Shown: positions 26,450 to 40,703 of the stretch, piece after piece
Layout of the letters: every line of letters begins with the position of its first letter
How positions within the stretch are numbered: the stretch's first letter is position 1
NCBI RefSeq assembly: GCF_964194155.1
Contig: NC_135909.1
Coordinates: forward strand, 12,648,001 to 12,712,000
Direction: 5' to 3'
From: Cetorhinus maximus
Taxonomy: Eukaryota
Length of the DNA stretch: 64,000 bases
Translations under genes and position numbers: made by a program
The notes under the pieces: generated by a model
The model's input: the letters and a program-made list of their open reading frames with translations, nothing else
Told to the model about the DNA's origin: nothing
Databases searched by the model: none

Positions 26450-26750
26450 GAGTGGCACAGACCCCAAAGTCTCCTGCATTTCCTGCCTCTTCCTACTCTT
26501 GCGATGGCCGCCCATCTACTACCCTGAACACACTCCCTTTGGGGTGTTTACCACCTGGAGCGTACGATCCAGGAAACTCTCATCCTCCCCGATGCTCCTC
26601 AGTGACTCCAGCTGCCCCTCAACTTCGGAAATTCTGAGTTCGAACTCGAGCAGCTGCAGGGACTTCCTACACATGTGGCCCCCAAGGCCTGATGTTCCCA
26701 AATGGGTCAGGAACTGCAAGCAACAGGTCTCAGCTGCCCATCCGTGATCG
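26450..26750 (-). mobile_element. CR1 ORF1 N-terminal fragment
   Basis: HMCRKSLQLLEFELRISEVEGQLESLRSI is homologous to the ORF1 at 22366. Confidence 0.7.
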
Positions 26751-27129
26751 AAAACAAACCTCTATTCCTTCTTATAGAATCGAATGGGTACCTTGTTTAA
26801 ACTCTAAAATGTATTTAATATCTCTAGAACTGCTCTGCACTAATACTCTTATTACACTTACACTGACTGTCACACTTACCCTGATTGAAATGTTTAATTT
26901 TCCAGCTCCTAGTTTTAATCAAAGCCTAATTTAGAGAAATCTGCAGAAACCAACCAGCTCCCTTCTTTCCCCTGATATCATGCTTTGACTATTTATTATA
27001 AACATGGCCGGTTTGCTCCAACCCCCCCCCTCACAGCTCTTTATCCCCCCCCACCGCTCTCACTCTTCTCTCCTCTCTCTCACTGCTGCTCTCGGGCTGC
27101 TCTGCCGCTGCTCTTTATCCACCCTCCAG

Positions 27130-28160
27130 TCTCAATCAGCTCTCACTCTCACTCACCCTCAGCTCCTCCACAGTCCCAAGTTTCTGACTGTTTAGGAAAT
27201 TCTTTGATCTTTCTTTATTCCAAGATGGGTGACCTCACACTTCCCCATATTGAACAGCATCAGCCACAGTTTTGTTCACACTGAATCTGTCAATGATCCT
27301 TTGAAACTTGCTGCTCCCACCTACACTACTAACCATGTCACCTAACCTAGTGCCATCAGCAAACTTGGATATTGTCTGGAATTTATTCAACTTTAAAAGA
27401 GCTCTGAGAATGGGAATAGAACAGCCGCCTGACGTGAGAGAGCATTGGTTCTGTCTAAATCCCTCCACTCTGAAAACAACCGCTCACCTCTACATTATCC
27501 TTTCTGCCCCTTATTCAATTTTATATCCATGCTGCCACTGCCCATTTAATCCCACCTGCTTGAATTTTACTAACAAGTCTGTTATATGGAACTTTTTCAA
27601 ACACCTTTGGAAGTCCAGGCTCACATCATCAAACTCACTCCCCTGGTCAATGTTCTCTGAAACTTCATCAAACACCATTAAGTACTTCAGTCATGATTTT
27701 CTGTTCACCAATCTGTACTGCTTGACATTTATCAACCCATGTTCTACGAAGTGACAATGAATTTTATACTGGATTATTGTCTCTAAACATTTCCCCATCA
27801 CCAGCATTAGACTAACTGGTGTTTTCTGCGTTTATTTCTCTCTGTTTTAAACACAGATGTAACATTAACAACTTCAGTTCTCTGGCTTCACTCCCATATC
27901 CAAGGGAAAATGAAAAGATTGTGGGTTAAATCTCCACTATTTCCACCCTTCCCTCAGTAATCCAGGATGTATGGCATCCGGATCGGGTGACTTTTCTGCT
28001 GTGAGCGCTGCCAACCTTTTAATTGCCTCTTCTTTATCTATTTTCATCCTATCCAGTTTCTCCACCAGCTCCTCCTTCACTGTGACATTCGCAGCATCCA
28101 CTTGTTTTGTGCTGACAGATGTAATGTTCTCATTTAGTACCTCAGCCCTCTGCCTCCACA
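27130..28160 (-). mobile_element. Decayed CR1 ORF2 fragment
   Basis: ISKFADGTRLG and EKSPDPDAIHP motifs. Confidence 0.75.
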
Positions 28161-28999
28161 TGATTTCCTAACCAGCCACCCTTTCAGTGACTCTCTGTTT
28201 TTGGTAAAAGTCTGCGTAGTTTTCTCTTGTGTTACCTTCTAATCCTTCCTCATGCACTCACTCTCTGCTGATCCAATTTTCTTTTTATCAGTTCTGTGCT
28301 GTACTTCATTTATTGTACTTGTTTCTCTAATGTTTTATGAATCTGGCATTTATCATTAGCCTGCTTTGGAGTTTTTACAGAGCATAGGATGCACCGAATC
28401 TCCACTCTCAATAAATCCATGTTTTCAAGTCTTCACTCTGCAATTCACTCTCTCTGTGTTTGAACTCACAGGTCACTCAATTTCTTGTTTGCAATCTAAT
28501 TGTACCACTTTCTTTATCACAAGGTAACTTATTTGTTCTGCAATGATGTATCTATTCCACTAAGTTCAATAAATCCTGTTCTTAAAAGAATGCTTTATCC
28601 GGACAATATTTTGAATAATCTGCTGATTCCCAGATTGTTGGTCTCGGGATCTGAGCTTGGTTTTGGATCATGAACTCAGTTCCTATTGCCCACACCTCTC
28701 CTCAAAATGTTCCTGCAATGTTTTTGTCCTCTCTAACTCTTTGCCTCCTGACCTCCCCTCAATCACTGCTGAATTCCAGAAATTAAAACACACAACAGCC
28801 CCTTCATATAAACCACTTCGAAATGAAGTCCTTCTTCCCCATTTAACGAGCAATTCGATCGAAGGTTCAGAGATGTTAAAACAATCGTGTCAGAGAGAGG
28901 AACTATTTCCGATGTTTGGGGATCCAGGAATTGAATGGGGGGTCGGGCGTGGGATGGTGGGTGGGTGACTGGGGGGTGGGGGAGGTGGAGGGGTAGATG

Positions 29000-29770
29000 G
29001 CGGCAGTGGGAGCAGTCAAAAATGCTGAGCTTTCCGGAGGTGAAATTCGAAAACAGTGGAATTCCCCAAGGGTCGGCATCCGAACTATTACTTTTCTTGT
29101 TATATACATGACCTGGCCCTGGATATAGGGGACACAGCTGGCAAATTTGCAATGATGCAAAACTTGGCGACATATTAAATAGAGAGCAGTATAAAGCAGC
29201 CTTCAGCAGGACATAAACATGATGACACAGGCAAACAGTTTGAATTTTTAAAAAAATTTTGATAATTGTGAAGTGAACTTTTGGAGAAACACACGGAGAT
29301 GTTGAGGATGGTCGTGTAAGTCCATTAGATGGATAAGCAAGTGTGTTGGATGTTTAACTTCATAAGTAGAGACATAGAATACAATACACGGAAACGCCTT
29401 CAAGAACAAACCTAATAGAAGTATGTACAATAATGAGGGGCTATGAATTAGCAAACAGCGAAACCATCCCTTGAGCAAGTGGCTCGATTGCCAGAATCGT
29501 TGGTTGAAAATAATTGGCCAAAGAAGCAGAGGGTAAATGAGGAGAAATGTCTTCGGACAGAGGGTTGTTAAGATCTGGAATGTGCTCTCTGAAAGGCTGG
29601 TGCGATGAGATTCTGTAGGAACTTTCAAAAGGCAATTGGATCTGGACTTGGAGATTCCAATTTACAGGGTGATGGGGAACAGCTGGATTCTGGGACCAGA
29701 TTGACCGCGCTATCAAAGTCCGACACAGGCTCGATGGGCAGAGAGGCCTCCTGAGCTGTACGGTTCATTA
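29000..29770 (+). mobile_element. Decayed CR1 3' fragment
   Basis: Degenerate RT C-terminus (QRVVKIWNVL) and 3' tail. Confidence 0.6.
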
Positions 29771-29974
29771 TAACCCCAATTTCCCCAATTAGAGTTGAAA
29801 CAGCACAGAATGAGGGCACTCGACTCCATATGGGGAACAGTAAAGATTTAAAAAGATGCATCTGACGGAGATGTAAATCGCGGATTAATCAACAACTGCC
29901 GAGGCTCAAACCCACATCTGCGAACAGAAGGGAATCAGAATGTTGGCAGTTTTTACAGAGCGATATTGTTGAGC

Positions 29975-30360
29975 TGAACGTTCACACTGGAAGGCTGTAA
30001 AGTTCCTCATTGAAGGATGAGCCGCTGCTCCTCGAGCGAACCTTGAGCTTCATCGGAACATTGCAAGAGTCCGAGAACCGAGTGATCAGGGTGAGGGCCA
30101 GGTCGCCAGTCATTTCGTTTCACCAGCTTGACTGTGTGGATGAGTTGGTTGGACTTTCTGTTAATTTACCGCACATTCTGGCTATCAGTTCAGTCGCAGG
30201 AAAATGCCACTTCAACACTTTCCATCAAAAGTAACCCCATCCCAACTCTTACTGCCCTGAGAAACTGCCACTTAGACATGTGATGACCAGCAATTGAAGT
30301 GAGCGCTGCCTAACTTCCCTGACCGTTAATTCCCCTTGAGTCAAATTAAAGCTGACTTTC
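29975..30360 (-). mobile_element. Penelope-like GIY-YIG remnant (copies at about 42180 and 47345)
   Basis: HSVLGLLQCSDEAQGSLEEQ.LIL..GTLQPSSVN motif. Confidence 0.7.
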
Positions 30361-31159
30361 TGCAACTCCTATAACACAGCTAAAATATGGTCAAGTAATA
30401 TGAAGCTGTAACCCTCCCGCTCAACCCACCAACATCTACCCCCACAACACGCCCCTCCCCTCACAGCATCCCCACAACTGCCACCACCCCAACTCCCCCA
30501 CCCCACCCCACCCTACCAGCTCTGCCAGCCTGAATGTTCTTTCAGACAAGATTACAACTCCATGTTGAAATCAGGCTGTGAACATTTTGACCCGATTGGG
30601 CTGTATACAAACGGGGTCACATGGTTTTTATGGCTCTGAAAGAAAACATACCTGGACGACTGTGTTTTAAAAAGTGGGCTTTTTTTTTCCTTTGAGAAGA
30701 GAAGGACCAACTGCTTGGGCAGGAACACAGTCGCATTTTGCACTCCAGAGGCAGTCCACAGCTGGAAGTTAGAATTAACTACTCCTGAGATGCTCTACAC
30801 GCTGGAGTACAGTGCTCTCGATTATTCCATGAGACCGCCTGAAAAGCAGTGCCAGAATCATTGATGTTTTCACGTTCAGTGCTGGGGGAGCGATTGTATA
30901 ACACTGACCCCATCTCAAGACTCCACACCCTGTCCTTTGCCTTGATCCATTGACATTTAAAGTTTGGCCAAATTCCCCCCTTTCTGAATAAGGGTCATAA
31001 GGACTCGAAATGTTGACTCTGATTGTGTTTTTCTCCCCACAGATGCTGTTAGACCTGCTGAATTTTTCCCGCATTTCCTCTTTGTTTCAGATTTCCAGCA
31101 TCCGCTGTATTTTGCTTTAATTTCCCCAATTTCTCTTTTTTATGTCATGCTTTTCTATT

Positions 31160-31280
31160 ATGAGTGTGTGAGTGTCTGTGTGTGAGTGTCTGTGTGTGTG
31201 AGTCTGTGTGTGTGTGTCTGTGTGTGTGTGTCTGTGTGTATGTTTGTGAGAGAGGGAGAGCGCGTGTATGTGTGTGTGTG
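31160..31280 (+). repeat. (TG)n compound microsatellite
   Basis: Direct observation. Confidence 0.95.
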
Positions 31281-32323
31281 ACTTATGGTATCTCGAAAAA
31301 TTAATTTGCATAATTTCATATTCCATACTGTATGTTGATAAGCTTTACTTTTCTATTCGGGAAGAGCTTTTTTATAATAAACAAATGAATTTGTTGTTTA
31401 TCGAAATAATCCACTTTAAATTCTCTTTTATTCTCGGGAACAGCGGTGAAGGTAAATAATTGGCCATTTTGGTGAGTGAATTGAACATTCAAACCAATGT
31501 TGTGATCTGTGGAGTAGTGGGACTAGACCAACGGCGCACTCCTCCCATCCCGCTCGTAACAGGGTGCTCACTCAGAAACTTAGCTCCAGGTCACTGTCGA
31601 TTCCTTCTGTAAAGCAGATGACATATTGAGCTTCCCACTAAACATGCAGAAAACTAAGATCCGATTCCAATATCCGTGACTGAGGAAGACTCCCAGAAAC
31701 GGCTGCACACAAAGATCTTACTGAAAGGTCAAATTATGTTGTTTCAGTTAGTCATAGAAGTGCCCTTGGAGCAGGTTAAGCAGCATTTCCTGTGTTTCAA
31801 TGATAAATTCGGATCTGAATTTAAAAGGAAAGGCTAAATATTTGTAATACTCATGAGATCCGTCCGCCGCATGACTGAGGCGAGCTCATTTCTTGATCTA
31901 ATCACAGAGAGACACAGACATGCAGAAAAAGTAATGAACAAATGGGTTAATTGGATTCCATTTCCGCTCCCCTGTTTAATGTTAACAAAAGCACCACTGA
32001 AATGGATCAACAGACGGATTTTTCAGGATTTCTATTCTCAATGACTGACCGAGGAATCAGAAGCTGGGAACATATGAGAGTTACATGGTTTAATAGGAGC
32101 TGAGTTGACCAGCGCTTGTTCACATGTTTTTCAAAGAAAAATAAGGTAAACCGATCGTTATTCTAGTAACGTGGACCAGCGGGTACAGAGCTGCACACGT
32201 GCTTTGGAGGAGGGCAACTCTCCCCTACCCTCAGAAGTGCGACTGAGTCTCCACAAAAATTACTCGCAACATCAACTAGTGAACAGCACATGCAGACACG
32301 GGAGATGACCAAGGGAGCGGACT

Positions 32324-32396
32324 TGCCGAAACCGAGGACTGAACCAGGGACCTTTAGACCTTCAGTCTAACGTTCCCCCAACTGAGCTATTTCGGC
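32324..32396 (-). pseudogene. tRNA-Phe-GAA: tRNA-Phe(GAA), degenerate copy
   Basis: GCCGAAATAGCTCAGTTGG...CTGAAG...TTTCGGCA with substitutions in the D stem, position 38 and the T arm. Confidence 0.8.
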
Positions 32397-32409
32397 TGAC
32401 AGAAGCGCT

Positions 32410-32477
32410 TTCTTCGAGCCAGAATTGAACCAGAGACCTAAGGGTGTTAGTTTTACAGGCACCTACATTCCTCCGCT
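32410..32477 (-). pseudogene. 5'-truncated intron-containing tRNA-Tyr(GTA) remnant
   Basis: GCGGAGGAATGTAG, 17-nt intron, then CCTTAGGTCTCTGGTTCAATTCTGGCTCGAAGA; acceptor 5' strand and most of the D arm are missing. Confidence 0.8.
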
Positions 32478-34049
32478 TATATTAGAGAACATGATCGCAT
32501 AATGACAAAGGACAGCCATCACCTCGTTTCAGTTTCCTCCAGGTTTCCAGTTTTTCTTGATAAAGAGGGGGCGCAAAGCCCAACGAAGCATCGGTTCATT
32601 GCCATAATCTCTTGGCCAATCGCTACACAAGGATTGTCCTACAAACAGCTTTCTTCATCCTTTGAGTGAATTGCTCCCTGAGGTCACTATTTAATGGCTT
32701 CACTCTAAGTTTAAGGTAATATCTATTTATTCTGCACTCCCCCACCAGAGGAAATCGTTTCTCTGCATTAAAACCTATTAATCATCTCAATTACCTCAAC
32801 CAGATATTGCCTACAGCTTCTCAACTCAGGACTATGTATGCGTCACAGCGGGAGTACATCTAACAGCAGATCAGAAAACTGAGTGTGTATCGCACATGGT
32901 CATGGCTACTTTTGCACCAAATCTGTATCTGAATTATTGGAACCCTATTGGAACACTGTCACCTTTCACTGTTTAGCAGATGAGTTTCATCGAGCCACGT
33001 ATGTGATTCCCTCAGTTCCGCTTTTGCACAAAGTTGGGGAAATGCATCACAGATGTCAGTCTTCAGCCAGCTCCATTCGCTCTAAGTGAAATCAAGAAAT
33101 GGCTGAAGGCACGGGTAACTGCAAAGGCTTTGGGCCCCTACACCATTCCTGCAACAGTACTGAAAACCTGTGCTCCAGAAATAGTCTCGCTCCTCGCCAA
33201 GCTGTTCCAGTGCAGCTACAGTTTTATAAAATAATGGTTGGGCCATGAGCAGAACATTGTGTCGAACAATGATCAGCACACTTTAGAAAGATGTGGCGAC
33301 ATTAGGGAATGCACAGGAAACATTGGTGGGAAAATGATTTCACTGAGAAACCTCAGTTTGATGGGTACATTGGAGAAGCTGGGGCTGTTCCCCTTAAGAA
33401 GGGGATGCTGAGACGAATGTACAAAGTAGTGGTCATCTGAAAGCCTGTTTGCTGCAGGATGAGGAGTTTGGGAAAATAGGAATATAAGGAGACAGTTCAA
33501 CATCAATCGTGTTCAACTCATGACTGGTCCCTCTTTTCACTTCATCTATCCACTGTGGTTTCATAATCCTTAAATATCCTACATCTTAATAACAATAAAA
33601 ACTTGTACCCAGTTTCAGTATCGAAAACTTTCAGCTAATCCTAAGCTTCAGTAGCAATTTTCAGAAGGTTCCACATTTTTACGAACTTTTGTGTGAAGAA
33701 GTGTTTCCTGACGTCACCCTAAACGGCTTAGCTGAAATTGAATGTTATGTCCTCTTGTTTTGAATTCCCCAAAACAGGGAAAATTGTTTCTCTCTATCTA
33801 AACTATCAAGTCCCTTAATCACCTCATAAGCCTCAATTCAACAACCTGAACAAAACACATGCGGGAACCTGGGTTTTATAAATAGAAGAATCGAGTACAA
33901 AAGCAAGGCAGCTATGGAGAATTTTTATAAACACTGAAATAGAAAGAAACTGGAGGCGACAGACATGGACAATGTTGGATGAATGGCCTCATCCTGTGCT
34001 ATAACCATTCTATGATGCTCTGATTCCAACCTACCCACATTCTTTAATC

Positions 34050-37000
34050 CTTTTAGAAACATCGAAGAAGGAGTAGGCTATTCAACCCTTCGAACCAGCT
34101 CCGCCATTCAATATCGTCATGGCTGATTCTCTATCTCAACGCCACACTCTCGCTCTTTCCCCATGCCCCTTGATGCCTTTCGAGTTCAGAAATCCATTTC
34201 TTTCTTGAATATATTCAGTGACGTGGCCTCTGTGGTAGAGAATTCCACAACTTTATCACCGTCTGAGTGAAGACGTTTCTCCTCATCTCAGTCCTAAATG
34301 GCCAACCCCGAATCATGAGATTCTTACCCCTTATTCTGGACCTCCCAGCAAGGAGAAATATCCACTATACATCCAGTCTGTCCAGCCCTGCCGGAATTGT
34401 ATAGGTTTCAATGAGAACCTCTCTTATTCTTCGAAACTCCAGTGAATACAGGCCTAGTCGGCCCAATCTTTCCTCAAACGACAATCCTGCCATCCCTGGA
34501 ATCATTCTGGTGAACTTTCGATGCACTTCCACTTTGACAAGTATATCCTTTCCTCGGGAAGGAGACCAAAACTGCACACAACACTCCAGGAGTGGCCGCA
34601 CCAAGGCCCTGCACTGCTGCAGCAAGACATCCTTTCTGCTGTGCTCAAGAGGCCTTGCAATGAAGGCCAATATACCATTTGCCTTCTTAACTGCTTGCTG
34701 CATCTGCGTGCTTGTTTTCAGTGTTTGGTGTACAAGGACACCCAGGTCCATTTGAACATCAACATTTCCCAATGTATCAACATTGAAATAATATTCTGCC
34801 ATTGTGTTTATCCTACAAAAGTGGATAAATTCAACATTTATCCACCTAAAACTGCATCTACCATATATTTTGTCACTCACTCAACTTCCCTTAATCGCCT
34901 TGAAGCCTCTTTACATTGTCCTCACCATTCACACTTCGATGAAGTTCCTTGTCGTCTGATAACATGGAAATATTACATTTGATTCCCTCATCCAAGTCAA
35001 TGATATGTATTGTGAAAAACTGGGGCCCAAGCACTGATCCCTGTGGTACCCTACTGGTCACCGTCTGCCATTCCGAAAAATACCCATTTGTTCCTACTCT
35101 CTGTTTCCTGTCTGCCAACCAATTCTCAATCCACACCAAAATATCACCCCCAATCCCATGTGCTTAAATTTTGCACACAGACCTCTTACATGGGGCTTTA
35201 TCAACAGCTTCCTGAAATTAAAAAGTACACCACATCCACTGGTTCTCCCGTATTTATTCTGTTAGTTACGTCCTCAAATAAACTCCAGCAGCATTGTCAA
35301 ACATGATTTCCCTTTCATAAATGCCTGTTCATTTTGTCTAATCCCGTTGATGTTTTCTAAGTTTCTTGTTATCACATCCTTTATGATAGACTCTAGCATT
35401 TTCCCTCATGTCAGGCTAACCGAACTGTAATACCCTGTTTTTTCCCCTCCCCCTTTTTTAAGTTGTGGGGTTACATTTGACACCCTACAGTCTGCTGGGA
35501 CTATTCCAGAATCTACAGAAATTTGGAAGATGGTAACCAACGCATCCATTATTTCCATGGCCACGTTCTTTAGTACCGTGGAATGTAGATTTTCAGGCCC
35601 TGGGGTTTTATTGGCTTTCAGTGCCATTAATTTCTTCAGCGCTGCTTTTTTAGGAATACTAATTCTCTTCAATTCCTCCTCCTCACTTGACCTTTGGTTC
35701 GCTGGAATTTATGGGAATCTACTTGTGTCTTCCTCTGTGAGGATAGAACTAAAGTAGTTGTTGAATTGCCCTGCTACATCCTTGTTCTCTATTGTAAATT
35801 TTGTTGTTTCGAAATGTAAGGGCCCTACATTTGTCTTCATTAATCTTTTTCTTCTGCGTACTTATATAAGCTTTTACAATACTCTTTATGTATCTTTCAA
35901 GTTTACTCTCATTCTCTATTTTTCCTCTTTTAATTAACCTCTTGGTTCTCCTTTATTGAATTCTAAACTGCTTCCAATCCACAGGCTTGCTACTTTTTCC
36001 AGCAAATTTATATGACTGCTCTTTGGAACTAATACTATCCTTAATTTATTTTGTACACCATGGCTGGACCACTTTTCCTGTTGTCTTTTTGCGCCAAAAA
36101 GGAATATACACATGTAGCAATGCATGAATTCATTCCTTAAGTAGTAATCATTGCCTACCCACCGTCATGCCTTTTAATGAAGTTCCCCAATCGATTTTAG
36201 CCAAATCACTCCTCATGCCTCCGCAGTTTCCTTTGTTTTGATTTTGGACCATAGTTTTGGATTGGATTACTTCATTTTATAACCTAAGAAAGAGTTCTTT
36301 CATATTATGGTCACTGTTCCCTCACGGACTTCGCACAACAAGATTATTCATTAACCCCGTCTCATTGAAAAAAATAAACAAATCTATTATAGCCTGTTCC
36401 CTAGTTAGTTCTTCGATGTACTTGTCAAAAAAGCTATTTCAAGCACAATCCATCATTTACCACAGTATTATTGATAATTTGATTTGTCCACTCTATATGT
36501 AAATTAAAGTCACCCATGACAACTGTAGCACACTTGTTACATGCATTTCTAATTCCGTGTCTAATGCCGCCCCCTACCTTACCACTTCTGTTTGGAAGCC
36601 TGTATACCCCTGCCGCGAATGTTTCCCGCACCTGATTGCGTCACAGCTCCACCTAGATTGATTCTGCATCTAGATTTTCTCTCAATATTGTATTGATGTC
36701 ATCGTTAACTAAAAATGCCACGCCCCCTACTTTTCCTTTTTGCCTGTTCTTCCTAAATATCGAACACCATTGGATATTCAGCTCCCAGCATTGGTCACCC
36801 TGCAGCCATGTCTGTGTAATCACAATCATATCCTATGCGTTGACATCTATTTGCATTGTTAATTCACCCACCTTATTGCAAATGCTCTATTCATTCAGCT
36901 ACAGTGTCTTTAGGCTTTTCTTTTTACACATCTTTCTTTGTACTCTGGCCCTATTTGCTGCAGCCTCCGTTTCCTCTGCCTTCTACTTCTGATGTTTTTG

Positions 37001-37080
37001 CTTTTCTGTCTTTCATTTCTATCTTTGTTTCCCTGTCTCGTGTCTCCCCTCTCAGGTCCCCATCCCCCTGCCAGTCTAGT
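34050..37080 (-). mobile_element. Long decayed CR1-like LINE (endonuclease, RT and 3' end)
   Basis: VMGDFN, KTPGPENLH, VPQGSVLGP and LVRPLLECCVQFWSP motifs in order. Confidence 0.9.
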
Positions 37081-37089
37081 TCATCCGAC

Positions 37090-38070
37090 TATCATTCTGG
37101 CGAAGCTGCACTGCAGCCTCTACGTTACAGATGTATGTCCATGCAACTTCAGCTGCTTCATCAATGACCTTCCCGGCAAAGTAGATTCAGAATTCGAGAT
37201 GTTCGCAGATGATTTACGCAATGTTTAGTACCATTTGCGAGTCATGAGGTTCTGAAGTTGTCCGTTGCATGAACAGTGAGGCCTGAACAATATTCAGACA
37301 TGGGCTGATAGGTGGCAAGTAAGAATTGCGCCTCATCAGTGGCCAGGCAGTGACCATCTCCAGCCAGAGAGAATCCAATTATCTCCCCTGAAGCTCAATG
37401 GAATTAACATCGCTGAATAAAGCACCATTCACATCCTGGGTGTTATGATTGAGCAGACACTATATTGGACTAGACATACAAATACTGTGCTTACAAAAGC
37501 AGTTCAGGTGTTGGGAATTCTGCAGAGAGGGACTCCGCTCCCCCAGCCCAAAACCTTTCCCACATCCACAAGGCACAGGTCAGACGCCTTCTGAATACTT
37601 TCCATTTGCTTGAATGCTTGAAACTCCAAGAGCACTCAAGAAGCACGACAACATACGGGACAAAGCAGCCCGCTTGCTTGGCACCTAATACACCACCTTT
37701 TACACCCAATCCCTCCAACAGCGACGCACAGTGGCGGCCGTGTATACCGTCTACAAGATGCACTGCTGTAACTCACCAAGTCTCCGTCCACAACAACTTA
37801 CAAACCCGTGAAATCTACCGCCTAGGAGGCCAATGGCAGCAGATGCGTGGGAACACAACCACCTGCAAGTTCTTCTTCAAGCCACACACCATCCTGACTT
37901 GGAGCTGTATCGCCGTTCCTTCACCGTCACTGGCACAACATTGTGGAACTCGGTTCCTAACATCATTGTGAGTATACCTACACCACATGGACTGCAGCGG
38001 TTTCAAGTTCTCGATGATAGTCAGGGATGGGCAATAACTGATGACTTAGTCAGCGAGAGCCAATTCCGGT
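37090..38070 (+). mobile_element. CR1/L2-group LINE 3' fragment of a second family
   Basis: FINDLP...MFADD motif and 3' region; related pieces at 33030-33220, 40000-40590, 45170-45760 and 51130-51340. Confidence 0.7.
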
Positions 38071-38426
38071 GAAGGAATAAATAATAATAAACAATATGAA
38101 TAATCTTTTTGTAATGTTTCCATTGTCTCTCAGCCGCAGTAGCTTCTGTGGGGGAGACTTCTTGATTTCCAATACTCTTCGCGTGAAGACGTTCTTCTTG
38201 TCAACGCCCCTGAACAAGGTAAATTCCCGCTTGGTTTGCAGACTGTCCACCAGGTTAAATAACGAAGCTAGCGAGTCATTTAATCATCATGCGCATGAGA
38301 TCAAACCTTCAATATAGTTATTCAAGGAATTACAAGAAATGTCGAGACAATCCGTCTGCCCTCATAACTTGGGTTTGATATCACAATGATAATTTCAGAT
38401 TTCCATTCTGCATTACGCTGTCCCAT

Positions 38427-38499
38427 ACAAAAACTGGATTCAAACTCACGCGTGGGAAACATAATGGATTCACAGCTTTAAACTCTGGACTACCTCGCC
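38427..38499 (-). pseudogene. Highly degenerate tRNA-Ser relic
   Basis: GGATTCAAACTCACGCGTG...AATGGATT...TACCTCGCC aligns to the reverse complement of Ser-GCT; flanks resemble those of the other Ser copies. Confidence 0.55.
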
Positions 38500-38968
38500 A
38501 CATGCATGACACTTATCTAACGACGTCATGGAGCGTTGGCATCCATGGACTGTTGAACTAAATGATCCTCTTTGGCACAGGTCCTGAATATTCAGCCAGA
38601 TGATCAAAATGGAAATGGAGTTTCTGTTAGCCGACGAAATTTCCATCGCATCAGTTCAGGGACTGGTGTGAATGGACTGATGCGAAACATTTCAACACCA
38701 TGTCCAGCATGTATCTCCACAGTGTGAAAACCTACTGCGGAAAAACTGAAATAGACAAACATTCCGCAGCAAAAACAAACCCCTCCCAGAGATTCCTCAC
38801 AGAGGAATCCATAGACCATCGAAACACACGCTTCCTGACCTACATTGTCTGATCATTGAGACACATGTATCTGCTCCTGCCTGGCTTCATTCCGTGAAGG
38901 CAGAGAATTTATATTGTTCCACTGAGCCGTGAAAGTGTCTCTAGAGCAGCTTAAAGAGAATTCCTTCT

Positions 38969-39827
38969 GTTTCACTGAGATGTTCTGAATTGATCTTTTT
39001 CTTTAAGTCGCAAAATGCTTTATTATTCAACACGTCTGTCCATTACAGGGCCGATGAAAGATCCAATCAGTGAGGTGCGCATTCACCGTTGTAAAAAATT
39101 ATTTCAGGGGGTGTGAGAGTCGCTCGCGAGGCCAGTCTTTGTTACACATCCCAAACTGTCCTTGAACTCAGTGGCTTTCTCAGCGGGCAGTTAGGAATCA
39201 AACTCATATGTAGGCCAGACCAGGGAAGACACCAGTGAACCAGCACTGAGATTAGCGTTTAATTGCAGGTTTTAATTATTGAGTTTAATTTCCATCAGCA
39301 ACTCTGGTGGGAAATGAACCCAAGTCCCCGGAATATTTCCACTGCTCCAATGTTTCGCCTTAGAGAGAGATGGAAATATCATGTCGAATGGACTCTAAGT
39401 GGGATGCCCATGTTATTGTGAACTAAAGTATTGAATCCAAGATCTTACAAGAAAAGTCGAAGCAAAATGACCTCATAACTTGGGCTGGAGAATCACATCA
39501 GTGATTCCAGGCAGAGCTTCTGCAAAATCACCGCAATAAGGCGGAAAAAAGTTGATAAAGTAACAACGAAGATGGGACTCGAATCCACACGTGTAAAGCA
39601 CAAAGAATTAGCAGTCCATCGCCTTAACCTCTCGGTTATACTTTTCGCATGAACAACCCTTTGAAATAAATGATCCTCTTTGGTACAGGCCCTAAATATT
39701 CGGCCAGATGTGTAAAGATGGAAATGTAGTTTATGTCATTAAAATATATGTGCCTCACGTCAGATCAGGGACTGTTGTAAACCGACTGATGTGAATCACA
39801 TCAACACTTCAACCTAATATCCAACAT
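38969..39827 (-). repeat. Inverted duplicate of 41205-42100
   Basis: Reverse-complement match along the whole arm, including the SINE and tRNA-Ser. Confidence 0.9.
39564..39635 (-). pseudogene. tRNA-Ser(GCT) pseudogene, 5' acceptor strand deleted
   Basis: CCGAGAGGTTAAGGCGATGGACTGCTAAT...; GACGAGG start missing; T-arm changes. Confidence 0.8.
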
Positions 39828-40703
39828 CTAACGGCAGATCAGAAAAATGTGTGTGTGTCGCACATGGTCATGGCTACTTTTGCACCAAATCTGTGTCTGA
39901 ATGAATGGAACCCGTTTGGGATAAACACTGTCGCCTTTCACCACTTAGCTGATGAGTTTCCGAGGGCCACGTGTGTGATTCCCTCAGTTCTGCTTTTGCA
40001 CAAAGCAGGGGAAATGCATCACAAATGTCAGTCTTCAGCCAGCTCCATTCACTCCAAGTGAAATCAAGAAATGGCTGAAGGCACAGGTAACTGCAAAGGC
40101 TTTGGGCCCTGACAACATTCCTGCAGCAGTACTGACAACCTGTGCTCCAGAAATAGCCTCGCCCCTCGCCAAGTTGTTCCAGTGAAGCCACAAGACTGGC
40201 ATCTACCCGGCAATGTGGGAAATTGCTCAGGTCTGTCTTGTCCACAAAAATAGCAGGAAAATCCAACCGGCAAAAACCGCCCCATCAGTCTTCTCTAGTT
40301 TATCAAGAAGGTGAGGGAAAATGTCTTCGACAGTGCGATGAAGTGGCACTTACTCAGCAATAACCCGCTCACTGAAGCTCACTTTGTTTCCTGCCAGGGT
40401 CACTCAGCTCCTGACCTCATTGCAGCCTTGGTCCAAACCTGAAGAAAACAGCCGAACTCAAGACGTGAGGTGCAAGTGACTGCACTTGAGTTCAAAGAAG
40501 CTTTTGACCTAATGCGGCATCAAGGAACTCCAGCAAAACTGAAGTGAAAGGAAATAAGGCGGGAAACTCTCCACTGGTTGGAGTCGTCCCCGGGGTTACT
40601 AAAACATTGGAAAATATTTCTAGCATGAACTGTAATGCGCTTATGATTGATGCACTTTGTGTGACAATGAAAGGATTCCTTGTTTGCGTTCTCTTCTGCA
40701 GGT

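Larger units (their letters stand above)
29899..33220 (+). repeat. Segmental duplication copy (paralogous to 42101-45357)
   Basis: Colinear high similarity from CGAGGCTCAAACCCACATCTGCG to CAGCTAC. Confidence 0.92.
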
